A stretch of 64,000 nucleotides of DNA from Okamejei kenojei (taxonomy: Eukaryota), in the NCBI GenBank assembly GCA_035221665.1, contig CM069140.1, forward strand, positions 41,974,001-42,038,000, read 5' to 3'. The notes under the pieces are model-generated. The model had not been told where the DNA came from. It searched no databases and worked only from the letters and a program-made list of their open reading frames with translations. Of the stretch, positions 48,707-62,124 are shown one piece after another. Position numbers and translations under genes: made by a program. Positions within the stretch are counted from its first letter, which is position 1, and each line of letters starts with the position of its first letter.

Positions 48707-50121
48707 ACCGAGAGTTGGTGGTGGTGGTTAGGGATTGTTTGGTTATGCGAATGAGTTAGTCTCTGAGATTATGATTGACAGGGGCCCAGACTATTTTTAT
48801 GAAGCCTGTAGAAAAGTCTCTGTTCATTTGGATGCCATAAAATTTAAAACATCGCTTTTGTGGGTAGTCCGCAGCTCTATAATCATGAAATTGATTTTTT
48901 TATGGTTTGTACTCCATCCATTTCTATTTACAGTAAGAAATATGGTGTTACATACATGATGATTAAGGTTTGGATATTAACAGGAGCCTGAAACATGTAG
49001 TACTTTGCCCACCCAAAAAAGTGCAGGAGCTGGATTGTTGGCCTTATGAACTCTATAGACTGCCATAGATTTGGCCAACTCAAAATCAGCTACATTGTAT
49101 AAGTCTTCATCTTATTATTGCAATTTTTAATTTATGGATGATTTTGCCCTTTGGTTTAGAAGCTGGACTAGCAGAAAACCATCTGATTTAGTTCCATAAA
49201 TTAATTTTCAATGAGCTTTTGCAATGAGGCAAGATTTAGTACTATAAATTTAAGCTAAATGTAAAGAGCTGTCATCATCATTCAGGCTCTTTCTGCATGG
49301 GTATTCAACGGTATGTTGATAGCCAGAGATTAATGATTGCAAATTCTTTAATGAGTTTGATTATATGTATTTTCAGTTTTATTCATGTTCTGAGCTACTG
49401 AATTGTTTTATTGGATTCTTATTTTTAACAGCCCTACACAATCTGGAGATCATGATCTTAAATAATAATAAATAGCATCTATTCTGAACATTTATTAATT
49501 ATAATAAAAAGCGCCTTCTATATCTGCAAGAAATAGATTTGCACCATTTATGTTTCCTATTTTCTAGGGGTGCATTGTAATATTTCTTACAGATGTCCCT
49601 TTCTAAAAGAAAGCATTGCACAGACTTGACAAGCCTTTAATCTTCATTGGCTAATTTCAGGTATTTGGTATTTGTATTTTACATTTTATATAGTGTTAAC
49701 ATTGTCATTTTAACCAGGAATGAGCAGAAATGAATGTAGTGATGCATTAGACAGTAAAGGATACGATATCCAATTGAACTCAATCAGATTTTCAGGGCAA
49801 GTGGAATTTGATTTCAGTTTAAAACTAGCTCACTGCCCCCAAAGACTGCCTTGGGTTATTGCAATTCCCAGGTCTCATTATTATCACACCAGTGGTTTTC
49901 TCAGTCCAGTTCAATGGCCCACTGGAAGCAGGTCACATCTGGGGAGCAATTTCCCAGCAGATCAACTACAGGCTTATTTAAAGGAAACTGCTTCCCAGAA
50001 TGAGTTTTCATTCCCTTGCGGCCTCTTTCATTTCCGCCGTGCTGCAAGAAGAATATTTTCAGATAAGAGCAGAAGGCAGGTGCCAAGATGCATTAAACTT
50101 TGCTACATATAGCAAAGTTAT

Positions 50122-50320
50122 AAGAAGGCTGTGGAGGCCAAGTCAATGGATATTTTTAAGGCAAAGACAGATAGCTTCTTGATTAGTACAGGTGTCATGG
50201 GTTATGGGGAGAAGGCAGGAGAATGGGGGGCTAAGAGGGGAAGATAGATCAGATATGATTGAATGGCAGAGTAAACAATTGGCCGAATGGCCTAATTCTG
50301 CTCCAACCACTTATGAACAT
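50122..50320 (+). mobile_element. CR1 3' terminal fragment
   Basis: AAGGCTGTGGAGGCC (KAVEA)...GYGEKAG and the 3' UTR. Confidence 0.85.
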
Positions 50321-50856
50321 AATATACTTCTGAAGAGAATTTCTACATTCTTAGGGCCATGAGTTCTTTCTTCTGTGGCACAGTCATTTTTGCTTGAATA
50401 CCATGGGAGGATTTTCAACTTACACCTGCCTGTACCTTGCTTGAGAATCTTGTGTCGGCCACTGAAGGTCAGAGGTGGGAGATGCTCTGGTCAGCCACTG
50501 GCCTCTCATAGACCATCTGATAGATGTATGGCTAACCCTCTGTAGATCTGTAGCAATCTGCCACACCCCTGAAATAAGGCTGTTTAAATATGCAAATAGG
50601 GCTCTTACCCCACCCTTGTATGACCTGTTTTTGGAAACATTTTGGCAGGGTATGGGCCAAGTACTTTCAACGGAGTTATGCAACACTTGTGCAGTCTAAC
50701 TTTGCAATAAATGGTGACTTCTACATTGGAAAATAGGAAAGCAGAATTATCAGATAAATATCCTATAATTAAACATGTTTACAACAAAATGATCCATTTC
50801 CAAGGCAGTTCACAGTCAGATCATATTTCTGAATAAAATTGAATTCCATCTCAGAA

Positions 50857-51008
50857 GGTCACAAGCTCAGAAGGAATAGGAGTAGAATTAGGCCATTCAG
50901 CTCATCAAATCTCCTCTGGCTTTCAATCATGGCTGATCTATCTCTCCCTCCGAACCCCATTCTCCTGCCTTCTCCCCATAACCTCTGACACCTGTACTAA
51001 TCAAGAAA
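50857..51008 (-). mobile_element. CR1 3' terminal fragment
   Basis: Reverse complement of the same 3' UTR as 50176-50320. Confidence 0.85.
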
Positions 51009-51114
51009 TCTCCCAGCATTAATATAGATCTTTATCTTGAAAATAGGGTACAGATTATCCCCAGGCAACAAAGGCCATATTTCTGTATAACCAGTAAGTA
51101 AGAGCGAGCAAAAT

Positions 51115-51345
51115 ATGTAGGAAGTAATTGCAGATGCTGGATTATACCGAAGAAAAACATAAAATGCTGGAGTAACTCAGTGGGTCAGGTAGCATCGCTG
51201 GAGAAAAGGAATAGGTGACATTTCGGGTCTGAACCCTTCCTCATATGTAGTAGTCGTAAGAAGGGCTCTGACCCAAAACATCACCTATTCCTTTTCTCCA
51301 GGAATGTTGCCTGTCCCGCTGAGTTACTCCAGAATATGTGTCTAA
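51115..51345. mobile_element. PLE-derived head-to-head inverted pLTR element
   Basis: CTGGAGTAACTCAG...CCCTTC pairs with GAAGGG...CTGAGTTACTCCAG. Confidence 0.85.
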
Positions 51346-54300
51346 ATGAAAGCAAGAGTTTGCAAGACCGGCAGAATGGATTTGACTGTGGGGCCACAGG
51401 CATCCACATCAATGTAGGAGCTCAGTCCTGAATGGTTGAGTGAAACACCCTTTAATGGCCTATGTTCTGTGTGGTTGTATTTCCGACTTGCAAGCAGTTT
51501 GGGTTACAAATAGTTCTCAGGAATGAAACCCTGCGGTAACCTGGGAAAGATCTGTTTGCGTAAGCCAATATCAGATTATGGACTGATACACATTTTGTAT
51601 ATAAGGCTAGGAATAGAGCTGAAATTTAACGGAAGCTAGGAATATTTGCGATATTTTAAACAAAACAATTTGAGATAGTGGTCCTTACTCCTCAGTTAGA
51701 CTTCTGTTTTTGCTTAGAATTCTCTCGTTCCCTCCCTCTCCATGGGAGCTGCACATTCCAGTAAAGGAAGGACATACTGGGTGTTGATTGCTCCTCGTAG
51801 CTCTCAGTGATGCTCTATATGCAGCCAAGGACAAGGGCACTGATAGCTCACAAGGTGAGCTTACTGCATTCATTAGTTTCCTAATCACCAACTGGAGCAG
51901 GGTGGCATAGCATGGTGCTCCATCTAGCTGTCAGGCTGAGAACTTGCCGCTGAGAAGTTGCAGGCACATTTGAGCGACAGCCAGCCATATTGCTCAGACC
52001 AGTGAACATATGGTTGAGGAGGTAAGCACAGCATCATACCTGTCCTACAGGGCTGCCCCTGTACATTCTGCCTTACTATTCAGAACTGCAATTCATTTTA
52101 TTGCCTCAATTGAAACTTCAGCTGCTGTGGACTTGGATTACTGTGGCAATCTCCCTCCTGCAGATGGAGACAATCTCTAACTATAAGCAAACCTGCTAAG
52201 CTTTCCCTCTCCTTTTGCATTTCTTTGGTTTATACAAAGCAGATCAAAATCAGGAACTGAAATATATCACTTTTTCTTGCCTTTTCTAGAGCATAAGATC
52301 AATGCCGCCCTGACTTCTGCTGGTTATCGACTGCAAGATCAGCCTGAGATTCAATCATGCTTTGGCCTTTTCCATGATCTTCCCATTGAATTCCCTGTAG
52401 AACACATTAACACTTATTTCAATAAAGGCCACTTCTTTTAGATTTACGGACCTTAAATTTGAAATGCACAAGAGGAATTCAACACATTTTCCACAACAAA
52501 CCTGTGGCCAAGATGAGTTGGAGTTAATGGAAATGAGGAGTTCTTGAGCCTTCAGTGTGCAGAAACTTTAAGCCAGAGTTTCTCTCCCCACATCCCCCAC
52601 ATGTAACTGAATGGGTTCACAAAGACGGTTATAATGTTGGCAATATGCGATCCTTCTTTACTCTGCACTCACATTCCACACCACTTTAACGGGTGGATTT
52701 TGCACAGATTCAGGTGACTGCATTGAAAGAAGGTAAGAACCTCATTAAAGTGTGAAATCACAAGGTGAAAATTCAAATGTAAACTTGTTATTTTCCTTAT
52801 GTCTCAAGTTAAAAGGTTAAGAACGAACACTTTGCAGGCTATTCAGTTCTCGTTTTCTATTGAGTTTTCTTGTGAATTACAAATAAAAATGTGCATGTAA
52901 ATCATTTTAGCATGCCTTTCAGTGCTCTGGGTTGATTTCGGAGTGCCTGGTGCCTAGTGGCAGCCCTTCTGTTCCACAGTGGAAAGGCCTTCATATCATT
53001 AGATCAGCAACAAGTCTGGAAGACGCTAATGAGATCCAAGAGTTCAAACTCATTCCAGGTGAATTGGAACAGGCCTCTTGCTGAATGAACACCAAAGTTT
53101 AGTCTGAAAGTGGGATAGGGTTTTTGGAGAAACAGTTTTGTTTTGTCCTACCTCTAAAAACCCCTATCCCCACCACCATGCTGAAGCCTGATAGTGAGAC
53201 TCTCCCCAATGAAAGATTTGAATGAGATTCCGAAAGAGTATTCTTTGCATTGCCATTACTAGGGCAACAAAATAAAACAAATGAAAGAGAGTTTAAGTCA
53301 TATCTGAGGAAGATACATCCATTAAAGTATTAATCCTTCCCAAAAAATATACTGGACTCATAAATCCTGTTGAAGACCTTAGAGATGGGTTTCACATTAG
53401 AAAAGTACACTTCATGAAAGGTGAAATTCAGGAGCTGTAGCCACAATCCCCCCCCCCCCTCCCCCCCCCCAAGAGATCACTGCCTGCAGCAATGAAAGGT
53501 ATGACAGTGCTAAACGTTCTGTGCCACTGACTAATCACAGACATCACTTTAACCATAGGAAGGAATGAATAGGATAGGCTCATCTAACTATACAGAGTTG
53601 CGGGGTTTTCCAAAAAAAGAAAACTATTAAATAACATTTTCATTTATTTGTGTGCTTAACAGTCAAGCCCTTTCAGTACAAACAGAAAGAGGTAACATAT
53701 GCACAATAATCAGATTGCTAGCGATTACTTGGAAACAGTTTGAAGTGGCATGGGATATGCAGGAAATTACCTTGCTATATTTTTGCATTGGAACTCATCC
53801 CTCACTGAGTTCTTCAAGAAACAAATTAATTTTGATCAGTAAGATGTTACTCATGATTTGAATACAAATACCCCAAGACCAGTTACTGAGGATTAATGTG
53901 ATAACAAGGTGAGCACTGAGACGACTACAGCAGGGTCTGTTAGGAATTATTTCATTGTCTTGACAAGTCATATCAGATTCTGCATTATGCAGCAGTATAT
54001 TGGCTCCTGCAAGTTTGTCGATTCCTCTGCCTTGCAAATCTTGAATCCAATGTGACCAGACATCTGGAAATATGCAAGGAAGTAAGCATTGGCTATAAAA
54101 GAAATGTATTCCTGATTCTGGCAAGCTGAAATACAAACAGAGAGTGCTGTAAACATTTAACATTCAGATAACTGGTAAAGAGAGAATCCATATTAATATT
54201 AAAGACAATGTGCACATATCCAACAATACTTCCAGAGTTTTTCTGTCCTTGCCAGAAGTGAATACATCTGCCTTGGTCTACAATGAATCCTACATTCATC

Positions 54301-55228
54301 TCTGGGTAATATTTTATGAACAACATCGTGAGATGTTTCCTATTCTTTTCCCATTGCACTCAGGGTAGCTGTGCATGCATGCATGAGTGGTGGCAGAGAG
54401 ATTTACTGTATATTCCTTTCCCCTCTGAATAATATCCCTAATGTTCCCACGATTGAAGGATGTGCACTGCAAGATCACACTAGCATTTGTTGCCATATAC
54501 CTTTGCCTGCTTGTGCAAGTGATATCCTCAATGCGATAATAATTTTGTAGGGAAGAAAGCTAGAAGGATAGGTAAGCATCTCTTACCTGGGTATGAGGAA
54601 GATACAGAAGGGTGTAGATTCCTACAGCTCTGGACCCAGTCGGACGTAGTCATAACTCTTTTGGCATTTTGCCAATACTGCTCACAAGTCGTTACTATTA
54701 AGAAATATAGGAACAACTAAAGTAAGAGCATATCATCTAGATTGGTTTTAAATCATTCTGAGTGAAGCCTTCAGCCTTTCTCTGCCTCTGCATTGTCTTC
54801 CTGCGCGCCTTTGCGATTTTCTCCATAAGGCATGTTTAAAAAGTGGCACGTAGGCAGGCTTCTACGGCAAGAAACCCAGACAGGCAAACAATTTAGTTCT
54901 TTGTCTTTGGCTGCCCGGGGCTCTGCTGGAATCCTCAGCTATTCTTAGCTTATTAAATGCTGCGGCTAAGAGCCAAGCTTCCCTGTATAATATTTCTGTA
55001 TTAAATTGAATTTGTCAAATTGAACCTTATAAAAGAACATGCAAATGAGCTGAATTTTCTCATTACAATGTTAGTTCTGGACTGTACTACATAGGGCTTT
55101 GAAGGCTTTCAAGGAGCAGAGTCCCTAGAAAAAGGATCCTGTGAAATTTCACAATAGAAAAATAAACATAGACAGCCACACTGAAATAAGTATGAAAAAT
55201 GCAGGTCAAGCAGCATCTCTGGAATGAG

Positions 55229-55912
55229 AAACCATATAAACATATAACCATATAACAATTACAGCACGGAAACAGGCCCTCTCGGCCCTTCCAGTCCGTG
55301 CCGACCATTTGTTTTCCCCTAGTCCCATCTACCTGCACTCAGACCGTACCCCTTCATTCCCTTCCCTTCCATATACCTATCCACTTTACTTTTAAATGTT
55401 AAAATCGATCCTGCCTCCACCACTTCTGCTGGAAGCTCATTCCACACAGCCACCACCCTCTGAGTAAAGAAGTTTTCCCTCACGTTACCCCTAAACTTCT
55501 GTCCCTTAATTCTCATGTCATGCCCTCTTGTTTGAATCTTCCCTACCCTCAATGGGAAAAGCTTATCCACGTCAACTCTGTCTATCCCTTTCATCATTTT
55601 AAAGACCTCAATCAAGTCCCCCCTTAACCTTCTGCGCTCCAAAGAATAAAGACCTAACTTGTTTATCCTTTCTCTGTAACTTAGTTGCTGGAACCCAGGC
55701 AACATTCTAGTAAATCTCCTCTGTACTCTCTCTATTTTGTTGACATCCTTCCTATAATTAGGCGACCAAAATTGTACACCATACTCCAGAATTGGTCTCA
55801 CCAATGCCTTGTACAATTTTAACATTACTTCCCTACTCCTATATTCAATGCTCTGATTTATAAAGGCCAGCACACCAAAGGCTTTCTTTACCACCCTATC
55901 TACATGCGATTC
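55229..55912 (-). mobile_element. Young CR1 LINE, 5'-truncated, uninterrupted ~200-aa ORF2 C-terminus
   Basis: VESHVDRVVKKAFGVLAFINQSIEYRSREVMLKLYKALVRPILEYGVQFWSP...GYGLSAGRWD-stop, with an (ATATGGTT)n tail. Inserted in an older PLE-derived element (about 55150-56010). Confidence 0.95.
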
Positions 55913-56144
55913 CACAAACAGAATCAATACATACATAAATAAATACATGCGATACAAACAGAATAAATCTTTAACTCTGTTTCCCCTTCTGCAGATGCTG
56001 CCTGATGTATCATATATGATGCCTGAGCTTCTTAGTTGATAGCATTAGGTTGATGGGAGGCCATGCATGAAATTGGCCTGGATAGTCAAACATTACCACC
56101 TTATAGAGTATATTTTTAAAATCCAGAACAATTTCAACTCATGT

Positions 56145-56345
56145 TACAGTCAACTGGCTAATCATCACTTCCTTGTTCCTCAGCTCCACCCATATAGCCT
56201 CACCAGAAGAACCATCCGTAATGTCCCCTCTGACCACGGCCTTGACGTCCTCCTTAATGAATAACGCAACCCCCTCTCCTCTTTTTCCTCCAACAGTCTC
56301 TCCTGAAGCTTCTGTAACCTGGGATTCCCTTGCTGTATCCAATCA
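56145..56345 (-). mobile_element. CR1 ORF2 APE-endonuclease fragment
   Basis: IPGYRSFRRD / GGKRGEGVALFIKEDV...EAIWVELRNK across a frameshift. Confidence 0.8.
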
Positions 56346-56739
56346 GTGCTGCTCCTAGCTGTTGCTCCTGTTCTGATCTCTGATTCAAGATTTCTAATGA
56401 TATGGTTGACATTTGAATATCTTCCAAAATTGCCAAGTAAGCAATTTGGTTAAAGGGGTGGGCAAAAAAAAGCCTAATGCTTCCCATTTCCTAGATTTCC
56501 CTGTAGCAAGAAGATAAAAAGGTTTATATATGATGTAGTGTAATTCAAAGCCTCCTGTCACCCGGGTATCTGTAAAACCTTTCTTACAAATATAATGTTA
56601 AGCACAGTCAAAGCTGCAACATCTTATCCTCCCATAAGTTTTGCAGGAATGGTAATGTGGAACATAATAGGAGAGAAGGAGCTTGAATGAGGAAGGTGCT
56701 GTAGGTTGCTTGTCTGATCATAGTCTCTTTCACTCATTC

Positions 56740-56845
56740 ATAGACATAGAGTTATACAGCATGCAAACAGGCCCTTCAGCACAACTTTCCCTTGCCGACC
56801 CAGATGCTCCATCTATATTAGTCCCACCCGCCCGCCTTTGGCCCA
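56740..56845 (-). mobile_element. CR1 3' tail fragment
   Basis: CATAGAGTTATACAGCATGCAAACAGGCCCTTCAG...AGTCCCACC. Confidence 0.7.
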
Positions 56846-57749
56846 CTAATTTTATTAACTTTTGAAATGTAGGGGTGAATGATGTAGGGTTGAATTCTGT
56901 ATCTGGAGTAGTTATAATTTTTCATAAGCATCTGTACATACACTGGTCAACCTCTTACTTTATTAAAAAAAATCCTGGCACTGAATTTCTGCCTCAGTTT
57001 GTCCCGACCACCACACTCAGCACTCCCGACTGTGTTCCTGTTCCTGCACATTGGTGAAAAGAGTGAGGACATCTTGTTATTATCTTTGTCATCGTTACTT
57101 CCATTGCATGCTCTGAGATTTACTGCTCTTTGACTTTTGCAAAAGCTCTTCTTCTATTCTTTATCCACCACCTTCTGCTGCAGCTTTTCCTCTCTTGGAT
57201 GAATATTCCAGCATTCTCTTTGCTCTTGACTCGCAGAAGCTGCTCATTGAGCAGCAAACGTCCATAAAAAGTATTCCAGCTCTTGATCTGAAGTCAGGTG
57301 CCATACCCTTGAACATTCGGGCAATTGCCCTCAAGAGCAGGTGAATGGTAAGTCTGATAGCCAGTTATTCAGTTATTTCAGAAGAATCCAGACCTGAATG
57401 ATCGCACATGATTTGAAGTCATTTAGGTTGGATTTTGATTGTCGTAGGTGAATTTTCTTTGATGTAGGATGATGGAGAATAAATAGTCTGGTCTAAATTG
57501 AAGGATCTGTGTTATTTTCGCTCTGGTAGAACCCTTCATTATTTTGATCAGATTCTGGAGGAGTCAGGTAGAGCACCTTTGTTAGAGGAATCATCTTTCC
57601 AATAGGTTTTTAAACTGTTGCAGATTTCTGTAATCTGGTGGATTATTGCACATCACATTGGACTGAATGAAAAAAGAACAAGAGAGTTTTCTTCACCTTT
57701 TGGCATAATGTGCCTCTTTTTGAGTGTCAACAAAACAGATTAACTGGAG

Positions 57750-57962
57750 ACACAGATGCGAGAATCTGTTAACAAAAAACAAACTGTTGGGGGTGCTCAG
57801 CAGGCCAGGCAGCATCTGTGGAGGCAAAAAGGCAGACTACGTTTCAGGTCAGGACCCTTCTTCAAACTGAAGAAGGGCCTCGACCTGAAATGTTGTCTGT
57901 CTATTTTCCTCCACAGATGCTGCCTGGCCTGCTGAATTCCTCCAGCAGTTTGTGTTTTGTAA
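57750..57962. mobile_element. PLE-derived head-to-head inverted pLTR element
   Basis: CAGCAGGCCAGGCAGCATCTGTGGAGG...CCCTTCTTCA pairs with TGAAGAAGGG...CCTCCACAGATGCTGCCTGGCCTGCTG. Confidence 0.85.
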
Positions 57963-59009
57963 ACAGAATTAAATTGTCATTAATGCTGTTCTTGGAACCT
58001 TGCTATATATAAACTGGTTGCCATACTTGTTATATAACAGCAGCAGTTACTTTTCGAGAAGCAATTTATTGGCTGAAAAACCTTGAGATGTCCTGGAGGC
58101 ACACGATATAACTGCAGGATTTCTGTCATTTTTCATTCCATAAATTAAAGAGGAGCGGACTTGTTGCAATCTTTTGCAGTCATCAAGTGGGTTGGCACTC
58201 GCATTCTTTTGGGTTTCCTTTAAAATGCCTGGAATGAGATGCTTTAGACCATGTTTATAGCACAATCGGTAAAGGTTTACCAGCAACTGGCAAAACAGGC
58301 TTTCAGGATAAACAGAAGGAAGATATTCCAACCCAGGAGCAATTCAGAGAAGTGCAATAAAACTGAACTCAGGCACACAGTGCCAGTGGGCTGGGGTGGA
58401 AGGGCATCAAGTGATTTTTTTTTTAGCTCTTTAGCTTTAAAAGGAAGTTTTGGGAAAGGTGATTATAGAAAGATATAAAATGAATATCATGTGAAAGATA
58501 AAATTACTTTAATCTTGGCTTTGGGAAAAAAGTAAGAGGACAGTTTTGAACTACAAAGCTCTAAATTTAAACTAATCTCAGAAAGGCCTCTGCATAAAAA
58601 TAATTCAACATTTGGAATAGGATTGATAAAATAGATCATTTGGCAAGTAAATTATCTGCTATGTAGTGCCTGAAATCTTGACATCAATCAAATTATTTGA
58701 TATTCATATGATTTATAATCAAGATAGACAGAGATCTGCAAATTCATTCACAGACCTTCAACAAATATGCTGTTGAATATCAGATAAAACAACCGTGGAT
58801 CAATTTTGCAGTTTTCTGTGTGTCCTAAGTATCAGAAATGTGTTTCCTTTTAAGGTGGGAATTTCATTCTCGCTAACTTTATTTTCAGGTATAGAATTCC
58901 CCCACATAACACCAGTATAGTGTAACAAGTAATATTAATCTACAGCAAGATTTCAATCCCATTTGTCTGAAAAATATATTTCCCATTTACTAACAAAGCT
59001 TTCCCTGCA

Positions 59010-59195
59010 ATAAAACAGAAAATGCTGAAAATATTCATCACGTCAGGCAGCAGCTGTGGAAAGATTGCCTTTTATCAGTCCAGACATGAACTGGAAAAGC
59101 TAGTTATCTCAAATTGTTGAATTCATGTTGGGTCCGGAGGGATGTAACGTGCCTAGTTGGAAGATGAGATGCTGCTCCTGAAGCTTACATTGAAA
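59010..59195 (-). mobile_element. Old PLE fragment (GIY-YIG end plus pLTR)
   Basis: Minus strand AAGCTTCAGGAGCAGCATCTCATCTTCCAACTAGGC (KLQEQHLIFQLG). Confidence 0.65.
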
Positions 59196-60959
59196 CTGTG
59201 CCATTTAAACACTGAAACTGCATTCTGCGGCTTCATAGCAATCGCCACCTCTGTAACATCAAGTATGATTTCACATCTACGCCTTTTCCTCACTGACATC
59301 AGTATTGTGGCAATGTCAGCTTCATAGCATTGGGGTCATTCAAGATTGCCACACTTGAACTCTGCCACATCTCACTGTTTGCGGCTCACTGCTGGATTAG
59401 GGAATTCATGCAACTCCCTATTCAGGACAAAGGCGCAAGCAGAGTGTGCTTAACCATTTGCCTCATTGTGTGCAAGTGTTCAGAATGTGCATTCCTGTTC
59501 ATACCTCCCAAATGACATCCTGCCAACAATGTCTGGATCTAGTCCTGGAGACCCTCCATAGTCATTTTGCACAAAGAGCATGCTTTTTGCTGGGGCTATT
59601 CATCATCAGTCTGTTAAGGACCCTCTGACCTCTACAGGACATTGTCCCAAGTCATTCGAATGAAGCATCCATCTGTTCATTCAGGGGCAACACTCTCCTG
59701 TAACCAGAAGAGTGTTGCTTGTGGCATATCCCTTTAAGAGCTGGCTGCAAAGATTGCACCTGCTGTGCCGCATGCTGAGACATGTGAAAACTTGTAACAC
59801 ATCAATAGGGAACACTGAGTTTCAGCATGGCATAATACAGGGCGAGCTAACATTTGAAGCTTTAGCTCTGTCTGTGACTGTCATAATCACTGTTTAGCCA
59901 TGTTTTAATGCCAGAAATGTGCAGAGCAATGTCTGGGCCAAGAACAGCAAAACTAAAGAAAATAGAGCCTGTTAAAGAGGGAATGGAAATTAAGACAGAC
60001 ATCAAAATAATTAAAGGAAAAAAACTAATTTTCAGGCTGATGAATAAATCTCCTTCGGTGAAGTGCAAAGCTCAAAGAAGTATGGTCGATGAAAAAAAAA
60101 GAGGCCTTAAAGACTTAAAGAGTTAAAGATTTAAGATAGTTGGCTGCATGAATCAAAAGTGAAAAAAATGGACTGAAAATAAAAATGCATTAACATGGTA
60201 TTTTAGTGCATCAGTCTTGAGGAATGGTGAGGCACCCATTTAGCTTGCTCAGTTCTTTTCAGCCCCCACTTTGATGATCTAGGAAAGATAATTAGGGGGT
60301 GAGTTGTATCCAAAATACTGTAACTTTGTTTAAATTACAAATTCAAAACAGCTGCCACTGAAGGCAATCAGACATCTCGGCCACCTTCAATATGTTATCC
60401 AGTTTAAAACAGAAAGGAGATCTTAAATAAATTAAACACTATTGACTTGGAATGTCCAAACAGCTTAAAAATGCAGATATCAATATGGTATGATTTTGAT
60501 GAAAACTGCAAATTTGGCATCATTCTGTTCACGCTCAGGGCAAGTGGCTTCATGAGACTGGTATTTTTTTTACAGATCCATCCAAAAGCACTCTCATTTC
60601 ATAAAGCTGATGAAGCCAAAATATTATACTGTCCCAATTGAGGATGTAATTACAGAATGATACAGTGAAGATTATGCCATTTCATTCTAATCATGTTTTA
60701 TCCACATATTGCACTTTATGGTTGCATAACGAGGGTTATTATAGGTGGCAATATGTAACGATCTTCCTAATTTGATGACACTTTGAGTAGTTAAATTGTT
60801 AGGAATAGGTGATTCATTATAAAGATTAAAACATTGCAGGAGACAGTAAAAACAATGCTTTTCGTGAACAATATGTTCTGATCATGATGTTTAGTATCAG
60901 ATCAGCTGAAGTAATCGGAAAGCAATGCTTCATTTAGGGATTACCCAATGTCATACTGT

Positions 60960-61775
60960 ATACACCACCAGAGAGTATGTTCAATAGTTCCCTGGGATAG
61001 TATTGAGGAACAGAGGGACCATTGTGGATAAGTCTAAGGCTCGCTGAAGGTGGCAGCATAGGTCAATTAGATGGTGAAAAAAAACTGGATACTTGCTTTC
61101 ATTAATCAGGGTGTAGAATATTAACAGCAGGGAAGGCATGGTTCAATTTTATAAAATGTTGAATTGGTCACACTAGATTATTGTGCACAGTTCTAATCAG
61201 TACGAGGGGAAGTATAATGTTGTAATGAAGAGCTTGCAGAGGAGATTCACTGATATATTGCCAGGGATGGTGCTTCCCAGTTATGATGAGAGACAGGAAA
61301 GAATAAAAATCAAAAAATCTGCAGACTCTAGAAATCTGGGAATAAACTCAGCATAAATGGGCTGGAGTTGTTTTCTTGGAATTGGAAGGAGCTGCGGAGG
61401 ATTTGAATTGAGCTATAAAAATTAAGAAGGGCATAGTGGGTGTATGGTAAGAAACATTTTCCCTAATTAGAGCTGTTTAAAACCAGAGGGAATAGGTTTA
61501 GGGTAAGGGTAGGAGGATTGTCGAGGATTTGAGTGAGTTCCAGATTCCATCTGAGTGAATTCGCTCAGATTGTGCTTGGAATCTGGAATCCTCTGCCATA
61601 CGAAGGTAGTGGAAGCTGAGACTCTCGTGGTATTTAAGAAGTATCTGGGCAAGCCCTTGAATTTTCATGACACCAAACGACTATGGGCCAAGTGATGAAA
61701 GATGAGTTCTCAATGGTCACATCGGATGTGATGGGCCAAAGGGCCTATTTTTGTGTTGTTTGACCCTTGACTTTA
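60960..61775 (+). mobile_element. Old CR1 3' region interrupted by a short PLE-derived piece (about 61300-61355)
   Basis: EEQRD..., LAFINQGVEY, LDYCAQF, QRRFT..LPGM...SYDER motifs and a GATGGGCCAAAGGGCCT tail. Confidence 0.75.
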
Positions 61776-62124
61776 ATATCAGAGGTTCTAACACTTAGAT
61801 CTATTAATGTTGGCATATTAATTTCAGAATAGATTGACTATCTTCACTGTACGCAATTCTGATCATCTTCACGAGCAGAAATTGAAGTAATTCAGTTTTG
61901 CAGTTCTGTTAAATTTCTGACCTAATTTCATAAACTTTCCATTTCCTGTTATTTTTCAACCTGTCATTATAGATAAGATGTAAAACATGGAGTGAATTAA
62001 TACTCTGCTACAGTTCCTACTCCTGAATAAACAGCTGTAGAATCCCAAATCACAATGAGATTTAATTGTCAATATTATTGACAATACCGGTCTCAAATTG
62101 TATAAACACCTCCATGAATTATTA

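Noticed and set aside
52980-53058. + strand exon candidate (CACAG|TGG...CCAG|GTGAAT)
   Set aside because: Weak donor and unrecognised peptides. Similar chance-level candidates at 57238 and 30142 were also dropped.
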